Below, one piece after another: positions 38,225 through 48,095 of a stretch of DNA of 64,000 bases; position 1 is the first letter of the stretch, and each line of letters begins with the position of its first letter. The notes under the pieces were generated by a model. The model ran no database searches. It saw nothing but the letters and a program-made list of their open reading frames with translations, and was not told the origin of the DNA. A program made the translations under genes and the position numbers. This DNA comes from Prevotella sp. GTDB taxonomy: Bacteria > Bacteroidota > Bacteroidia > Bacteroidales > Dysgonomonadaceae. Location: the NCBI GenBank assembly GCA_031285625.1, contig JAITVV010000084.1, positions 1 through 64,000 on the forward strand. The letters run 5' to 3'.

Positions 38225-39154
38225 TTATTTTTTAAATATCAATAATACAGGATAATGATCAGAATAAACATCAGTAAAATCATCTTTTATTATCTCACAT
38301 TTTACGATATCATTCTTCATATTCGCACTCACATAGAGATAGTCGTAGCGAAGAGGAAATTTCGACTGATCATAGAACAGCTTGGTGGGAGCCGATGGTA
38401 CAAATTGCGGATGGGATACCTTGAACGCATCAATAAATCCGAAATCTAAAATCTTCTGTTGTATAGTATAGTCCAATTCATCATCCTTCCCTAAGTTTTT
38501 ATTATGCGGCCTTTTCTTTCTGTCTTCCCTGATAAAATCACGCAACAGATTATTATCATACTCACTCTTATCTAGTGGAGACACTGAATTCAAATCACCC
38601 ATAAATAACCATTTCCAATCAGCTGGCTTTGATTTTACAGTAGCCAGTATCTGATCAATTTCATAGCCCCTTTTTTCGGATGAAAAAGGATGGAAATGTG
38701 TTACTACAAAATGATGTCCTCCGATTTCGGCTGTAAGAAAACCATGGGAAGCATTTTCTACAACACGGGTTACATTTACAATCGGATATTTGGAAGTAAT
38801 AGCAACAGGAAAGCTGATAGAACCATCAGGAGCCGGTTCTCTTACTATAAATACATAAGGATGTCCATAGCTCTCAGCTAGCTTTTGCAGGTTATTAGGA
38901 TTTGAACCCTTCGGAGCAAACTCCGGATTTTGTTGAGTAAATCCATTCATTTCCTGCAATGCCAATATATCGGGATCCTGTTGTTTTATCCATTTCGCAA
39001 ATTGAGATTTATTTTCAGTGCTATCCTGTCTCATTCCCCAATAAACATTATAACTTATAAGTTTTAATGTTTTACTTTCCTGAGCTAGTGTATTTAAGGA
39101 AATCAAAACTCCTATTGACAAAAGCATCAGCATTTTTATTATTATCTTTTTCAT
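38225..39154 (-). CDS. Secreted endonuclease/exonuclease/phosphatase (EEP) family protein
   Basis: Signal peptide; SYNV, PDILALQE, MGDLNS, RYDYLY, SDHYPV. Confidence 0.9.
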   Translation of the reverse strand: MKKIIIKMLMLLSIGVLISLNTLAQESKTLKLISYNVYWGMRQDSTENKSQFAKWIKQQDPDILALQEMNGFTQQNPEFAPKGSNPNNLQKLAESYGHPYVFIVREPAPDGSISFPVAITSKYPIVNVTRVVENASHGFLTAEIGGHHFVVTHFHPFSSEKRGYEIDQILATVKSKPADWKWLFMGDLNSVSPLDKSEYDNNLLRDFIREDRKKRPHNKNLGKDDELDYTIQQKILDFGFIDAFKVSHPQFVPSAPTKLFYDQSKFPLRYDYLYVSANMKNDIVKCEIIKDDFTDVYSDHYPVLLIFKK

Positions 39155-39174
39155 AATATTCTATTTAGGAGTAT

Positions 39175-41484
39175 TTAGAATTTAATTTTCGTCTTGAACT
39201 CGATAGTAAACGGACGTATGTATGTTCCCACTAACGGTTTGTCATAAAGAGCTGTTGCTTGTTCTGCTGTTGTTGTGTTTGTTCCAGAAATAGAACCTTG
39301 TGCGCCACTCTGATTCAACAAGTTAACTGCACTAATAGAGAAATCTACATTCTTATCATATTTATAGTTCAACCCGGCGAATGTTTCCCAGCGTTCAGCA
39401 AATACCAGTGTATTAGGATAGTTTGCATATTCTTTGCTGAAATAACGAGCACTTGCCCATAGTCTGAATTTACCCCAAGAATAACTAGGGTCGATCTCTA
39501 TCAAAGTCTTGGATACGCTACGTGCTACATTACCATTGTTACTGAATTGCTCTCCAAATACTTCAAACTCATAGTTCTCATATTTAGGATTCTGGAGTGT
39601 CAACAATGCATGTAATTGGAATCCTTTAAAGGGTTTGAATAAAATATCCGTAGTCCATCCGATAGTATTTACATCATAGCTGATAGTTTGTTTTTCAGTT
39701 ACAGTTTCACCTGCTATTACTTTGTTAAATGTCGAATTATTCTTGAAGTTTGTTCGCTTAATCTTCGTCATTTTGGATACTATATTAATCATCGGATGAT
39801 TAAAGTACACACCTGCAGAGAAGCCCGGAATTTCACATTTTTCGATACCCGGATCATCTGCACCAGCATACATACTAAGTTTTCCGGCTTGTTGTATATA
39901 CATAACGTCTGCAAGGAATCCCAGATTCATAGGTTTGTCCGGTGTACCTAAATTAGGAAATGCTTTCCATGTAGCACTGGCAGTACCAGTTATGTTAAAC
40001 CAGTCTTTCTTTACATCCGTAGTTTTGCCAGATACCCAATTTGTTCCGCCAGCAGCGCGATCTTCAGCAGAATACCAGTCTCCATCTATTCTTTGCCATT
40101 CTAATCTTGTACCCAAGTCGAAAGTAAGCCTGTCATTAACAGTCCATTTCTCTGTACCTACAATAGCCATTTTATTATCTACCCCATTGTAATATTGCAT
40201 AGCAACATTATGATTTCTGTTACCATACTGATCTGTTTTAGACACCCAGTTTGTTCCATCGAATTGCTCATAAACCAATGCTCTTGGGTTTGGAGCAGCT
40301 TCAAACTGATAGCTATATGTGGCCATATTCACTTTGTCTGCATTATAATACCAGTTGTGAAATCCCACCATCCAATGATGCTTTTCCGATTTTTTGCTTA
40401 ATTCGAAACGAGCCATTACCGTATTCTTTACAGTACTTGGAGCAGCAATCATCATACCATTCTGCACAAGCCCGGTATAAGGTTGATCCGGATGATCAGC
40501 ATAGAAATACCTCTTATCACCTTCTTTAGGAGTAGCACTTGGTTGCTCTGCATTACTAATATTAGATAAATATGGGTTATACATACCTGAATTTGCATAA
40601 TGATAACGCAACGTATAATCCAACATCATACCATTATCAAATTTATGATCTCCCATCAGGTCTATAACATGCGAAGTACTTGACAAATCTTTCATAGCAT
40701 CCCATGCTTTTGCTTCTCCTGTTATAGGATCTATCACATTCAAGATACCGGATTGCTCCAGATATGAATCCCTCCCTATTCTAAATCCAGGAATTTTGTC
40801 AACTGTTCCATCCTTATGATAAATATATGGACTATTTTTAGTAGATATAGCTTCACTATATGCAAATTTATATTGTAATCCGATCTGCCCTCTACTGTAT
40901 TTCTTATTGATAACACCTTTATATATCTGAGTCTTATCCATAAATGTAGATATATTGGAACGGAAAGTTCCCGGATCCATATTTATAAATGCTGTAAGTG
41001 AGTAATAAAATCCATTCTTCATCGGGCCACTGATTCCAACATCCCCTCTTAGTAATCCAAAAGAGTTAGTTGTAAATCCTGCCGACCCTTTAAATTTTTC
41101 AGTACCCCTGTTTGTCCATGTACTAACAGATACACCAACATCACTTGCAAAAAGAGCTGTTTCGGAAACATTCAGTACTCCGAATTTTGCAATTCCTGCA
41201 TCCTGCCTCCACAAGAGAGTAGGCATCTGTCCCATATAATCGTACGTTACAGGCAATCCATTCTCTAAAATAACAGTACCTCCTACACTTGCAGGTAACC
41301 CGATATTTACAGCACGCGGTCCATTATCTGCCGATGCATTTAACATCACATTTGCAGTTCCTCCGGCTTTAGGATCCGCAACTTTTGTAGTATCTGTCGG
41401 TGTCTTCGTTTGTGCTATAGCAGAAACACCCATTGTAGAAACCAGAGCCAATAGTAAAGCTCGAGAATAAATTCTTTTTTTCAT
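39175..41484 (-). CDS. Atypical TonB-dependent outer-membrane receptor (no SusD partner)
   Basis: Signal peptide; short plug-like N-region (NVMLNAS..GPR.VNIGLP..ILENGLPV); amphipathic beta strands; terminal Phe. Confidence 0.75.
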   Translation of the reverse strand: MKKRIYSRALLLALVSTMGVSAIAQTKTPTDTTKVADPKAGGTANVMLNASADNGPRAVNIGLPASVGGTVILENGLPVTYDYMGQMPTLLWRQDAGIAKFGVLNVSETALFASDVGVSVSTWTNRGTEKFKGSAGFTTNSFGLLRGDVGISGPMKNGFYYSLTAFINMDPGTFRSNISTFMDKTQIYKGVINKKYSRGQIGLQYKFAYSEAISTKNSPYIYHKDGTVDKIPGFRIGRDSYLEQSGILNVIDPITGEAKAWDAMKDLSSTSHVIDLMGDHKFDNGMMLDYTLRYHYANSGMYNPYLSNISNAEQPSATPKEGDKRYFYADHPDQPYTGLVQNGMMIAAPSTVKNTVMARFELSKKSEKHHWMVGFHNWYYNADKVNMATYSYQFEAAPNPRALVYEQFDGTNWVSKTDQYGNRNHNVAMQYYNGVDNKMAIVGTEKWTVNDRLTFDLGTRLEWQRIDGDWYSAEDRAAGGTNWVSGKTTDVKKDWFNITGTASATWKAFPNLGTPDKPMNLGFLADVMYIQQAGKLSMYAGADDPGIEKCEIPGFSAGVYFNHPMINIVSKMTKIKRTNFKNNSTFNKVIAGETVTEKQTISYDVNTIGWTTDILFKPFKGFQLHALLTLQNPKYENYEFEVFGEQFSNNGNVARSVSKTLIEIDPSYSWGKFRLWASARYFSKEYANYPNTLVFAERWETFAGLNYKYDKNVDFSISAVNLLNQSGAQGSISGTNTTTAEQATALYDKPLVGTYIRPFTIEFKTKIKF

Positions 41485-41526
41485 TGTTTAAAGTATTAAA
41501 TAGGGTTAAAAAGGTTTTTTCTGAAT

Positions 41527-43827
41527 TTAAGGCTTAGCGTATTTACTAGTGCGACTATCTTTTATCACACCTTTCCAGTTCAATCCAAAGGCAAAATCAT
41601 ATACATTACCCTCAGTATCTTTGTGGCATTCCATATCATATGGAACATCTTCAAATTGTTTTTCTACAGTAGACATATTAGCCGGCATTTGTACCGGAAG
41701 CAATCCTGATGGTTCATATTTACCAGAAACAATATCCAATATCGATTGAGCCGAGCTTCCAAAATTTATAATTATGCCATCCATATATTTTTCAAATTCA
41801 TTAAATATCATAGGATTGGAGACGTCAATAACTGCAATAACAGGTTTATCATCCAACATCTCTCTTGTTTTTAATAAAACGTCCAGATCATTAGAATTGC
41901 TTGTCCGTGTAGATTTTCCATTATAAGAACGGTTTGTAATAGTAGGATCTATCACAGGGTCACCCGCAGCAATGCTATTTTCTCGGGCCCCGGTAGCCGT
42001 ATAAGGATCGTACTGAAGAGAAATTGGTATATATCCATTCCCGCCAGACTTACGATCTATCAGAGAATAACCACCATGTTCACTTTTCGGATTACTTACA
42101 AAAACCAATGCAAAATCTGCTTCTGACGGGTTTGTAGTAACATCATAATATTTTTTTACAATATTTAGATTTACCGGATAGTCTAATTTTGTTTCTGTCC
42201 AAATGCCCCACCAATTTTTAGTCGAAGGAGTATATACTTTTGGTATGAATACGGTTTTTCGATCTTTAACAGGAAGAATATTATCTTTATTCTTTAATAA
42301 GACTGTAGATTTTAGTTGAGCTTCATAGCCAGCTTTCATAAACTCAGGATTACCAACTAATCGAGAACTTTCCTGCGTATTCAGATATGGATTTTCAAAT
42401 AGTCCAAGACGGAATATATTTTTAAGCAAGCGCACAGCTGATTTTTCAAAGCGATTTCTCATATAAGATTTACCAAATTCTTTTTCTCCCATCTTATAAG
42501 CTTCAAGTACCGGACCTTTTTCGTTATTTCCTCCAAACTGATCTACTCCAGCCTTGATAGCCAGATAATGTCTTTCTGCTATAGACCGATCTTCTACGCC
42601 CCATGGCTTTCCGGCAAAAACATCCGGTGTAGGCCCTTCATTAGCTGTAATTAACCAATCGGTACAAACGACTCCATCATAACCGTATTTTTCACGTAAA
42701 AGATCTGTAACTATATATTTATTAAAACCATTTGCATAATTGGAACCATCTTTAGACTGATTATACGATATTGTATAATAAGGCATTACAGCCGATGCCA
42801 TTTGAGTTTTTCCATCAAGCTTGAATGCACCCTCTGTAAAAGGTTTTAAATGTTCTTCAAAATTATTTCCAGGATATACAGCAAACTTACCAAATGCCCA
42901 ATGCCCGTCACGACCACCCTCTTCCGGTCCTCCACTTGGCCAGTGTTTAACCATTGCATTTACACTCTTATATCCCCATCCATCAGCAATTTCATCCTTA
43001 CCTGCAGATGTTTGGAAGCCATCAATATAGGCACGTCCCATATCTGTAACCAGCTTTGTTCCTTCTCCAAAAGTCATACCCATCCGAAACCAACGAGGCT
43101 CAGAAGCCAAATCTATTTGCGGGGATAGGGCTGTTCCAATACCTAACGCTCTATATTCAACAGATGCTATTTCTCCAAATTGTTTCACTAACTCAGGATC
43201 AAATGTTGCCGCCAGTCCTAATTCGCGCGGCCACATGGATATTGCTCCGCCACCTGCATTAAATTCGGCATCGCTTGTGGTTGCATGACGTGGGTCTGAA
43301 CTATTATTTCCAGGAATGCCCAAATCTATGCCTTCCAGGAATGCCTGCATTTCATTGTTCCATTTAGCTGCTATTTCCGGGCTTTGTACAGTCATTATTA
43401 ATACATGTCGGAGGTTATCATCTTTCAGAAATTGCTTCTGATCATCTGTCAGTTCCCATGGCTTAGCTCCGCTTTGAGAAAAAGGCTTGCCATTATATGT
43501 ACTTGACCCAAAGCCAAAATCCTGAGCAGGAATAGTCTGATGTATACTATAAAGCATTAAGCCTGCAATCTGCTCAACTGTCATTTTTTTTGCTAAATCT
43601 TTAGCTCTTTGATCAACAGGTAAGCGCCAGTCCTCATATTTATCAAGTTTTCCATTCTTATTCAAATCTTTAAACTTAAGGCCATTCACCGTAATAATTT
43701 TCACACCTGAATTCGGAGAATAACCAAGCGTAGCTCCATTCTTATTTTCTACAATTAAAAAATTTTCTTGAGTTTGGCCATATAATGTAATCAATATAGC
43801 TCCGATTAATAATAATGTCTTTCTCAT
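41527..43827 (-). CDS. GH3 beta-glucosidase
   Basis: Signal peptide; FKDLNKNGKLDKYEDWRL, SPQIDLASEPRW.R...TFGE, VKHWP, VCTDW nucleophile. Confidence 0.93.
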   Translation of the reverse strand: MRKTLLLIGAILITLYGQTQENFLIVENKNGATLGYSPNSGVKIITVNGLKFKDLNKNGKLDKYEDWRLPVDQRAKDLAKKMTVEQIAGLMLYSIHQTIPAQDFGFGSSTYNGKPFSQSGAKPWELTDDQKQFLKDDNLRHVLIMTVQSPEIAAKWNNEMQAFLEGIDLGIPGNNSSDPRHATTSDAEFNAGGGAISMWPRELGLAATFDPELVKQFGEIASVEYRALGIGTALSPQIDLASEPRWFRMGMTFGEGTKLVTDMGRAYIDGFQTSAGKDEIADGWGYKSVNAMVKHWPSGGPEEGGRDGHWAFGKFAVYPGNNFEEHLKPFTEGAFKLDGKTQMASAVMPYYTISYNQSKDGSNYANGFNKYIVTDLLREKYGYDGVVCTDWLITANEGPTPDVFAGKPWGVEDRSIAERHYLAIKAGVDQFGGNNEKGPVLEAYKMGEKEFGKSYMRNRFEKSAVRLLKNIFRLGLFENPYLNTQESSRLVGNPEFMKAGYEAQLKSTVLLKNKDNILPVKDRKTVFIPKVYTPSTKNWWGIWTETKLDYPVNLNIVKKYYDVTTNPSEADFALVFVSNPKSEHGGYSLIDRKSGGNGYIPISLQYDPYTATGARENSIAAGDPVIDPTITNRSYNGKSTRTSNSNDLDVLLKTREMLDDKPVIAVIDVSNPMIFNEFEKYMDGIIINFGSSAQSILDIVSGKYEPSGLLPVQMPANMSTVEKQFEDVPYDMECHKDTEGNVYDFAFGLNWKGVIKDSRTSKYAKP

Positions 43828-43851
43828 GATTTCTTAGTTTATCGCTTAAAG

Positions 43852-43961
43852 TGCGTTATCATGACGCAAATATATTTTTAATATTTGGATTTCAAACTAC
43901 AAAGTGCGTCTAAATAACGCAGATATGTTTTAAAACATATTATGTGCGTCACAATAACGCA
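43852..43961. promoter_or_regulatory. Three NrtR-type palindromic operators in a divergent promoter region
   Basis: TGCGT-N7-ACGCA at 43852-43868, 43905-43921 and 43945-43961 (GT-N7-AC core). They overlap or abut TAnnTTTG promoters on both strands. Confidence 0.85.
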
Positions 43962-44024
43962 CTTTTGATGTTTTTTAATTATTACCTTTGCACTTATAAT
44001 AAGTAATTTAAGTTCTAACAAAAG

Positions 44025-44771
44025 ATGAGTACAAATAAGTTTTGGCCATATAACGAAGAGAATATTCACCCCGGATTCTCGGTCGATTGTGTCATTCTTA
44101 GTTTTCACAAAGGGAAACTGAAGGTTTTATTAAATAAATTCAGTCTGAAAGATTACTGGTCTCTCCCCGGAGGATTCATGTTCAATAATGAGGCAGCTGA
44201 TGAAGCGGCTTATCGGATACTAAAAACACGAACTGGATTGACTGACATATTTTTGAAACAATTTTATCTTTTTAGTGACCCTAAAAGGACAATAATGAAG
44301 CAAAACATAGACTTCGTAGAGAGAAATGAGACTACAAAAGGCGAAGGACAATGGCTTTTAAGAAGATTTGTATCTCTGGGTTTTTATGCTCTTGTAAAAT
44401 ATGAGGAAGTAAAATTAACTACTGTAGACGGAGAATTATCTAAGTGGTATGATATAAATACTCTACCGAGCCTATATTCTGATCATGAGAATATAATAAA
44501 AATGGCACTTGAAACAATCCGGACAATGCTACCTGTAATACCGATAGGGAATGAACTATTACCCGAAAAGTTTACAATGACCGAACTACGTAAGATATAT
44601 GAAATCATTCTTGGTAAAACTTTAGATCGCCGTAACTTTCAAAGAAAGATTCTTTCTGAAGGCTATGTTGTACAATTGGATGAGAGAAAAAGCTCTCAAG
44701 TGTATAATGCCCCCATACTATATTCATTCAGCTTGCAAAACAGGGATGAGAATTTTTTAGGTAGGTTCTAA
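44025..44771 (+). CDS. NrtR-family regulator (degenerate Nudix sensor plus winged HTH)
   Basis: SVDCVI, WSLPGGF with a non-catalytic Nudix box (RILKTRTGL), LLPEKFTMTELRKIYE.ILG..LDRRNFQRKI. Confidence 0.92.
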   Translation: MSTNKFWPYNEENIHPGFSVDCVILSFHKGKLKVLLNKFSLKDYWSLPGGFMFNNEAADEAAYRILKTRTGLTDIFLKQFYLFSDPKRTIMKQNIDFVERNETTKGEGQWLLRRFVSLGFYALVKYEEVKLTTVDGELSKWYDINTLPSLYSDHENIIKMALETIRTMLPVIPIGNELLPEKFTMTELRKIYEIILGKTLDRRNFQRKILSEGYVVQLDERKSSQVYNAPILYSFSLQNRDENFLGRF

Positions 44772-44788
44772 TAAAAATCAGAATAAAC

Positions 44789-44817
44789 AAAAGAGATACC
44801 AACTGGTATCTCTTTTT
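44789..44817. terminator. Bidirectional terminator
   Basis: AAAAGAGATACCA/TGGTATCTCTTTT. Confidence 0.8.
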
Positions 44818-44833
44818 ATATAAGCTAACAGAG

Positions 44834-46381
44834 TTAAATATTACCCCGAATACGATCTTCAAAAGCTGACAATGAAGCTTTAGCCCCTTCTCCCATCGCA
44901 ATAATAATCTGCTTATATGGAACGGTGGTAACATCTCCAGCTGCATAAACACCCGGAACATTCGTCCTACAGTGACTATCAATTTCTATTTCGCCAAAGC
45001 GATTTACATTTATCACATCTTTGAATATTGAACTATTTGCAGCCAATCCGATCTGTACAAAAATTCCATCAAGACCCACTACCTGCTCCTCTCTGGTAGC
45101 TCTATCTTTCACCTTTATACCTTTTACTTTATCATCACCCACAACTTCAATAGTTTGAGTATTGAGTATTATCTCTACATTAGGAAGGCTTTTTGCTTTT
45201 TCCTGCAATACCTTATCCGCTTTAAGTTCTTCCATAAACTCAAAAACAGTTACCTTAGAGCATATTCCGGCAAGATCTATTGCCGCCTCTATACCAGAAT
45301 TACCGCCCCCAACTACTGCAACATGTTTATTCTTATAAAACGGTCCATCGCAATGCGGACAGAAGGCAACTCCTTTACCTATATATTCAGATTCACCAGG
45401 TACATTCAACTTACGCCAACTAGCACCGGTAGCAATAATAAGTGCCGGAGTTATTATCTTTTCCCCACCATTTATATAGAGTACTTTTTCCCCATCTTCA
45501 ATTTCTACCTTGTCAACTTTACGATGTTCAAGTATATCAACAGGGTAATCGTGAAGATGCATTTTTAAGTTATTAGAAAGTTCTTCTCCCGTTGTTTTAG
45601 GAACAGAAATAAGATTTTCTATACCAACCGTTTCCTTAACCTGTCCCCCAATTCGTTCTGCAAGCAGCGCCACATTCAACCCTTTACGAGCTGAATAAAT
45701 AGCTGCTGCAACACCAGCAGGTCCTCCTCCAACTACAGCTACATCGTAGCTCCTGGCAATCACAGATGTGACTGTTTCCTGACTTCCATACTGAGCCTCA
45801 AGTTTTGATAATAATTCACCAAACTCACCTCTACCAACATGAATAAGTTTTCCATCTGCAAAAACAGCCGGAACACCCTGAAGCTTCAAAGCATCAACTT
45901 CTTCCTGGTTTATAGCACCATCAACCATTTCATGCGAGATATCCGGGTTAAGGATAGCCATTATATTCAATGCCTGAACAATATCAGGGCAGTTGGTACA
46001 GGTTAGAGAGACATAGGTTGCTAAATGAATTGGTCCCTTTAGTGCCTTAACCCTGTTTATCACAAAGTCATCCGGTATATTTTTGCCTTTGCCATCATTA
46101 TTCAAAACAGCTAATAATAATGATGTAAATTCATGACCATTAGGAACACCACGGAATTTGATTCCTGTATTTTCTCCATTCTTTAATATAGAGAATTCTA
46201 AACTATTCCCACTGCTGACTCTCGTCGATATTTTATCAGAGCATGAGGCAACATCAGTAAGTAGTTCAACTAATTCATTGTAACATTCATGTTGATCAGA
46301 AACAGTAATATCGAATATATATTGATTAGTCAGACCGGAGAATACAGTGAGCAATTGCTCTTTTAAAGATGTATCTAACAT
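44834..46381 (-). CDS. ahpF: Alkyl hydroperoxide reductase subunit F
   Basis: GHEFTSLLLA, CTNC, GGGPAG, CPHCDGP, GGGNSG, YKQIIIAMGEG. Confidence 0.96.
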   Translation of the reverse strand: MLDTSLKEQLLTVFSGLTNQYIFDITVSDQHECYNELVELLTDVASCSDKISTRVSSGNSLEFSILKNGENTGIKFRGVPNGHEFTSLLLAVLNNDGKGKNIPDDFVINRVKALKGPIHLATYVSLTCTNCPDIVQALNIMAILNPDISHEMVDGAINQEEVDALKLQGVPAVFADGKLIHVGRGEFGELLSKLEAQYGSQETVTSVIARSYDVAVVGGGPAGVAAAIYSARKGLNVALLAERIGGQVKETVGIENLISVPKTTGEELSNNLKMHLHDYPVDILEHRKVDKVEIEDGEKVLYINGGEKIITPALIIATGASWRKLNVPGESEYIGKGVAFCPHCDGPFYKNKHVAVVGGGNSGIEAAIDLAGICSKVTVFEFMEELKADKVLQEKAKSLPNVEIILNTQTIEVVGDDKVKGIKVKDRATREEQVVGLDGIFVQIGLAANSSIFKDVINVNRFGEIEIDSHCRTNVPGVYAAGDVTTVPYKQIIIAMGEGAKASLSAFEDRIRGNI

Positions 46382-46409
46382 ATTTTGTTTTACCTTTAGT
46401 GTTATTCAT

Positions 46410-46436
46410 AAAAAAACCGGCAATTACTTGCCGGCT
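46410..46436 (-). terminator. Hairpin terminator between ahpC and ahpF
   Basis: CCGGCAA/TTGCCGG stem followed by a T-run on the minus strand. Confidence 0.65.
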
Positions 46437-46451
46437 TATAAGTTCTAGTAA

Positions 46452-47018
46452 TTAAATCTTTCCGACAAGATCTATACTTGGCTTCAATGTTTCTTCACCT
46501 TTTTTCCATTTAGCAGGGCATACTTCTCCGTCATGAGTTGCAACAAACTGAGCAGCCTCAACTTTGCGTACAAGCTCATCTGCATTACGTCCAATACCAT
46601 TGTCATGGATCTCAGCAATTTTAACCTGCCCTTCAGGGTTTAACAAGAATGTACCTCTATATGCCATTCCTTCTTCTTCAATCATCACTCCAAATGCACG
46701 GCTCAATACACCAACTGTATCAGCTAACATTGGATATTTGATTTTACGGATACTATCTGATGCGTCATGCCATGCTTTGTGTACAAAGTGTGAATCTGTA
46801 CTTACAGAATAAACTTCTACACCCATTGCTTTCAATTGGTCATATTTGTCTGCAATATCAACAAGCTCCGTTGGACAGACAAATGTAAAATCTGCCGGAT
46901 AAAAGAAGAAAATTGCCCATTTGCCTTTTACATCTTCATGTGATACTGTTTTGAAAGCTCCGTTGTGGTAAGCCTGTACTTTGAACTCTGGTAATTGTAA
47001 ATTAATAATTGGCTGCAT
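46452..47018 (-). CDS. ahpC: Alkyl hydroperoxide reductase subunit C (peroxiredoxin)
   Basis: FFYPADFTFVCPTE and GEVCPAKW; start taken at MQPIINL. Confidence 0.97.
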   Translation of the reverse strand: MQPIINLQLPEFKVQAYHNGAFKTVSHEDVKGKWAIFFFYPADFTFVCPTELVDIADKYDQLKAMGVEVYSVSTDSHFVHKAWHDASDSIRKIKYPMLADTVGVLSRAFGVMIEEEGMAYRGTFLLNPEGQVKIAEIHDNGIGRNADELVRKVEAAQFVATHDGEVCPAKWKKGEETLKPSIDLVGKI

Positions 47019-47069
47019 AATTAATGTTTTTATATTTATATTAAACTCATAAATTTCATTTATACCCTG

Positions 47070-47125
47070 CAAAGATATATAGTTTTTATTTATACGCAAA
47101 CTATCAATTATAAACTTTATCTATC
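47070..47125 (-). promoter_or_regulatory. ahpC promoter with a candidate OxyR site
   Basis: TTTG-N19-TATCTTTG on the minus strand, preceded by ATAGataaagtTTATaattgATAG. Confidence 0.6.
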
Positions 47126-47232
47126 ACAAAATATCCTACCTAATTACTATTTTTGAGAAAAATATAGAATTATCCTATTTTCGAAACAGCACATATACAA
47201 CTAATATACAGATAGTTATTACACAGATAAAA

Positions 47233-47284
47233 ACAAAAGGTGACAAAAGTGACAGTTTTCTCCTTACTTTTTTATTGTTACCTT
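47233..47284. repeat. About 52-bp dispersed intergenic repeat, copy 2 (inverted relative to copy 1)
   Basis: AAAAGGTGACAAAAGTGACAGTTTT...TTTTATTGTTACCTT. Confidence 0.7.
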
Positions 47285-47386
47285 ATTCTTTTCTTGATAC
47301 AAAGAACTATCCATAATAAGATAATTTTATATAATTATCCGGATTGTAATCCATATAAATAATTTAAAATTGTAAATTTGAATATT

Positions 47387-47941
47387 ATGGAAATACCTAA
47401 AGGAAATATAGAGATAAGAAAGATTAGCCGACCCGATATCGGGTCATTAATAGAAATCGGGAAGCAAACATTCATTGAAACCTTTGCTGATAAAAATAGC
47501 GAAGAGAATATGAGAATTTATTTGGAGGAAGGTTTCAATAAAGAGAAATTATTAGAGGAGATCAATAATCCTGAAACCATTTTTTTCTTTGTATCTGCTA
47601 ATAATAAAGATGCAGGATACCTGAAACTCAATTGGGGGCAAGCACAAACAGAATTGAAAGATACTCGTTCTCTTGAGATAGAACGTATCTATATTTTAAA
47701 AGAATTTCAGGGAAGAGGAATAGGGCAAATTTTATTAAATCAGGCTTTAGATATAGCTAGACAGTCAGAGTTAGACTATATCTGGCTAGGGGTTTGGGAA
47801 AAGAATCATCAAGCTATTCAGTTTTATAAGAAAAACGGTTTCATCGAGTTTCATGAACACATCTTTAAATTAGGCGACGAAGAGCAAACAGATATAATGA
47901 TGAGACTTGATCTGAACGAAAGAGAACTTATGCTTTCCTGA
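47387..47941 (+). CDS. GNAT N-acetyltransferase (PaiA-like)
   Basis: TF.ETF, GYLKLN...AQTE, LEIERIYI..EFQGRGIG, IWLGVWEKN..AI.FYKKNGF. Confidence 0.9.
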   Translation: MEIPKGNIEIRKISRPDIGSLIEIGKQTFIETFADKNSEENMRIYLEEGFNKEKLLEEINNPETIFFFVSANNKDAGYLKLNWGQAQTELKDTRSLEIERIYILKEFQGRGIGQILLNQALDIARQSELDYIWLGVWEKNHQAIQFYKKNGFIEFHEHIFKLGDEEQTDIMMRLDLNERELMLS

Positions 47942-48095
47942 TTATCTTATTAATATCTATAAGACTAAACGCTTCTCTGAAAATTTTCAAAATTTCTGAA
48001 TAAGTCGAGCATTCCATATTCTGCTGCTGAACATCAAATGAATATTCTCTGATTTTTGAATCCTGATTAACTTCAATACTATAATTCTTTGTCAT
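47928..48095 (-). CDS. Unannotated 55-aa small ORF (MTKNYSIEVNQDSKIREYSF...KIIRKA)
   Basis: Open frame below the ORF-track cutoff; A-rich start context; TATATTTG promoter at 48177-48184. Confidence 0.45.
   Translation of the reverse strand: MTKNYSIEVNQDSKIREYSFDVQQQNMECSTYSEILKIFREAFSLIDINKIIRKA

Noticed and set aside
43878-44108. 76-aa minus-strand ORF
   Set aside because: It overlaps the NrtR start and operator region and has no protein features.
47019-47099. Extended N-terminus of AhpC in the ORF track (likewise glpA, glpK, the GH3 at 37291 and the phosphatase at 61257)
   Set aside because: The extensions run through promoters, hairpins or intergenic DNA; downstream ATGs give family-typical N-termini.
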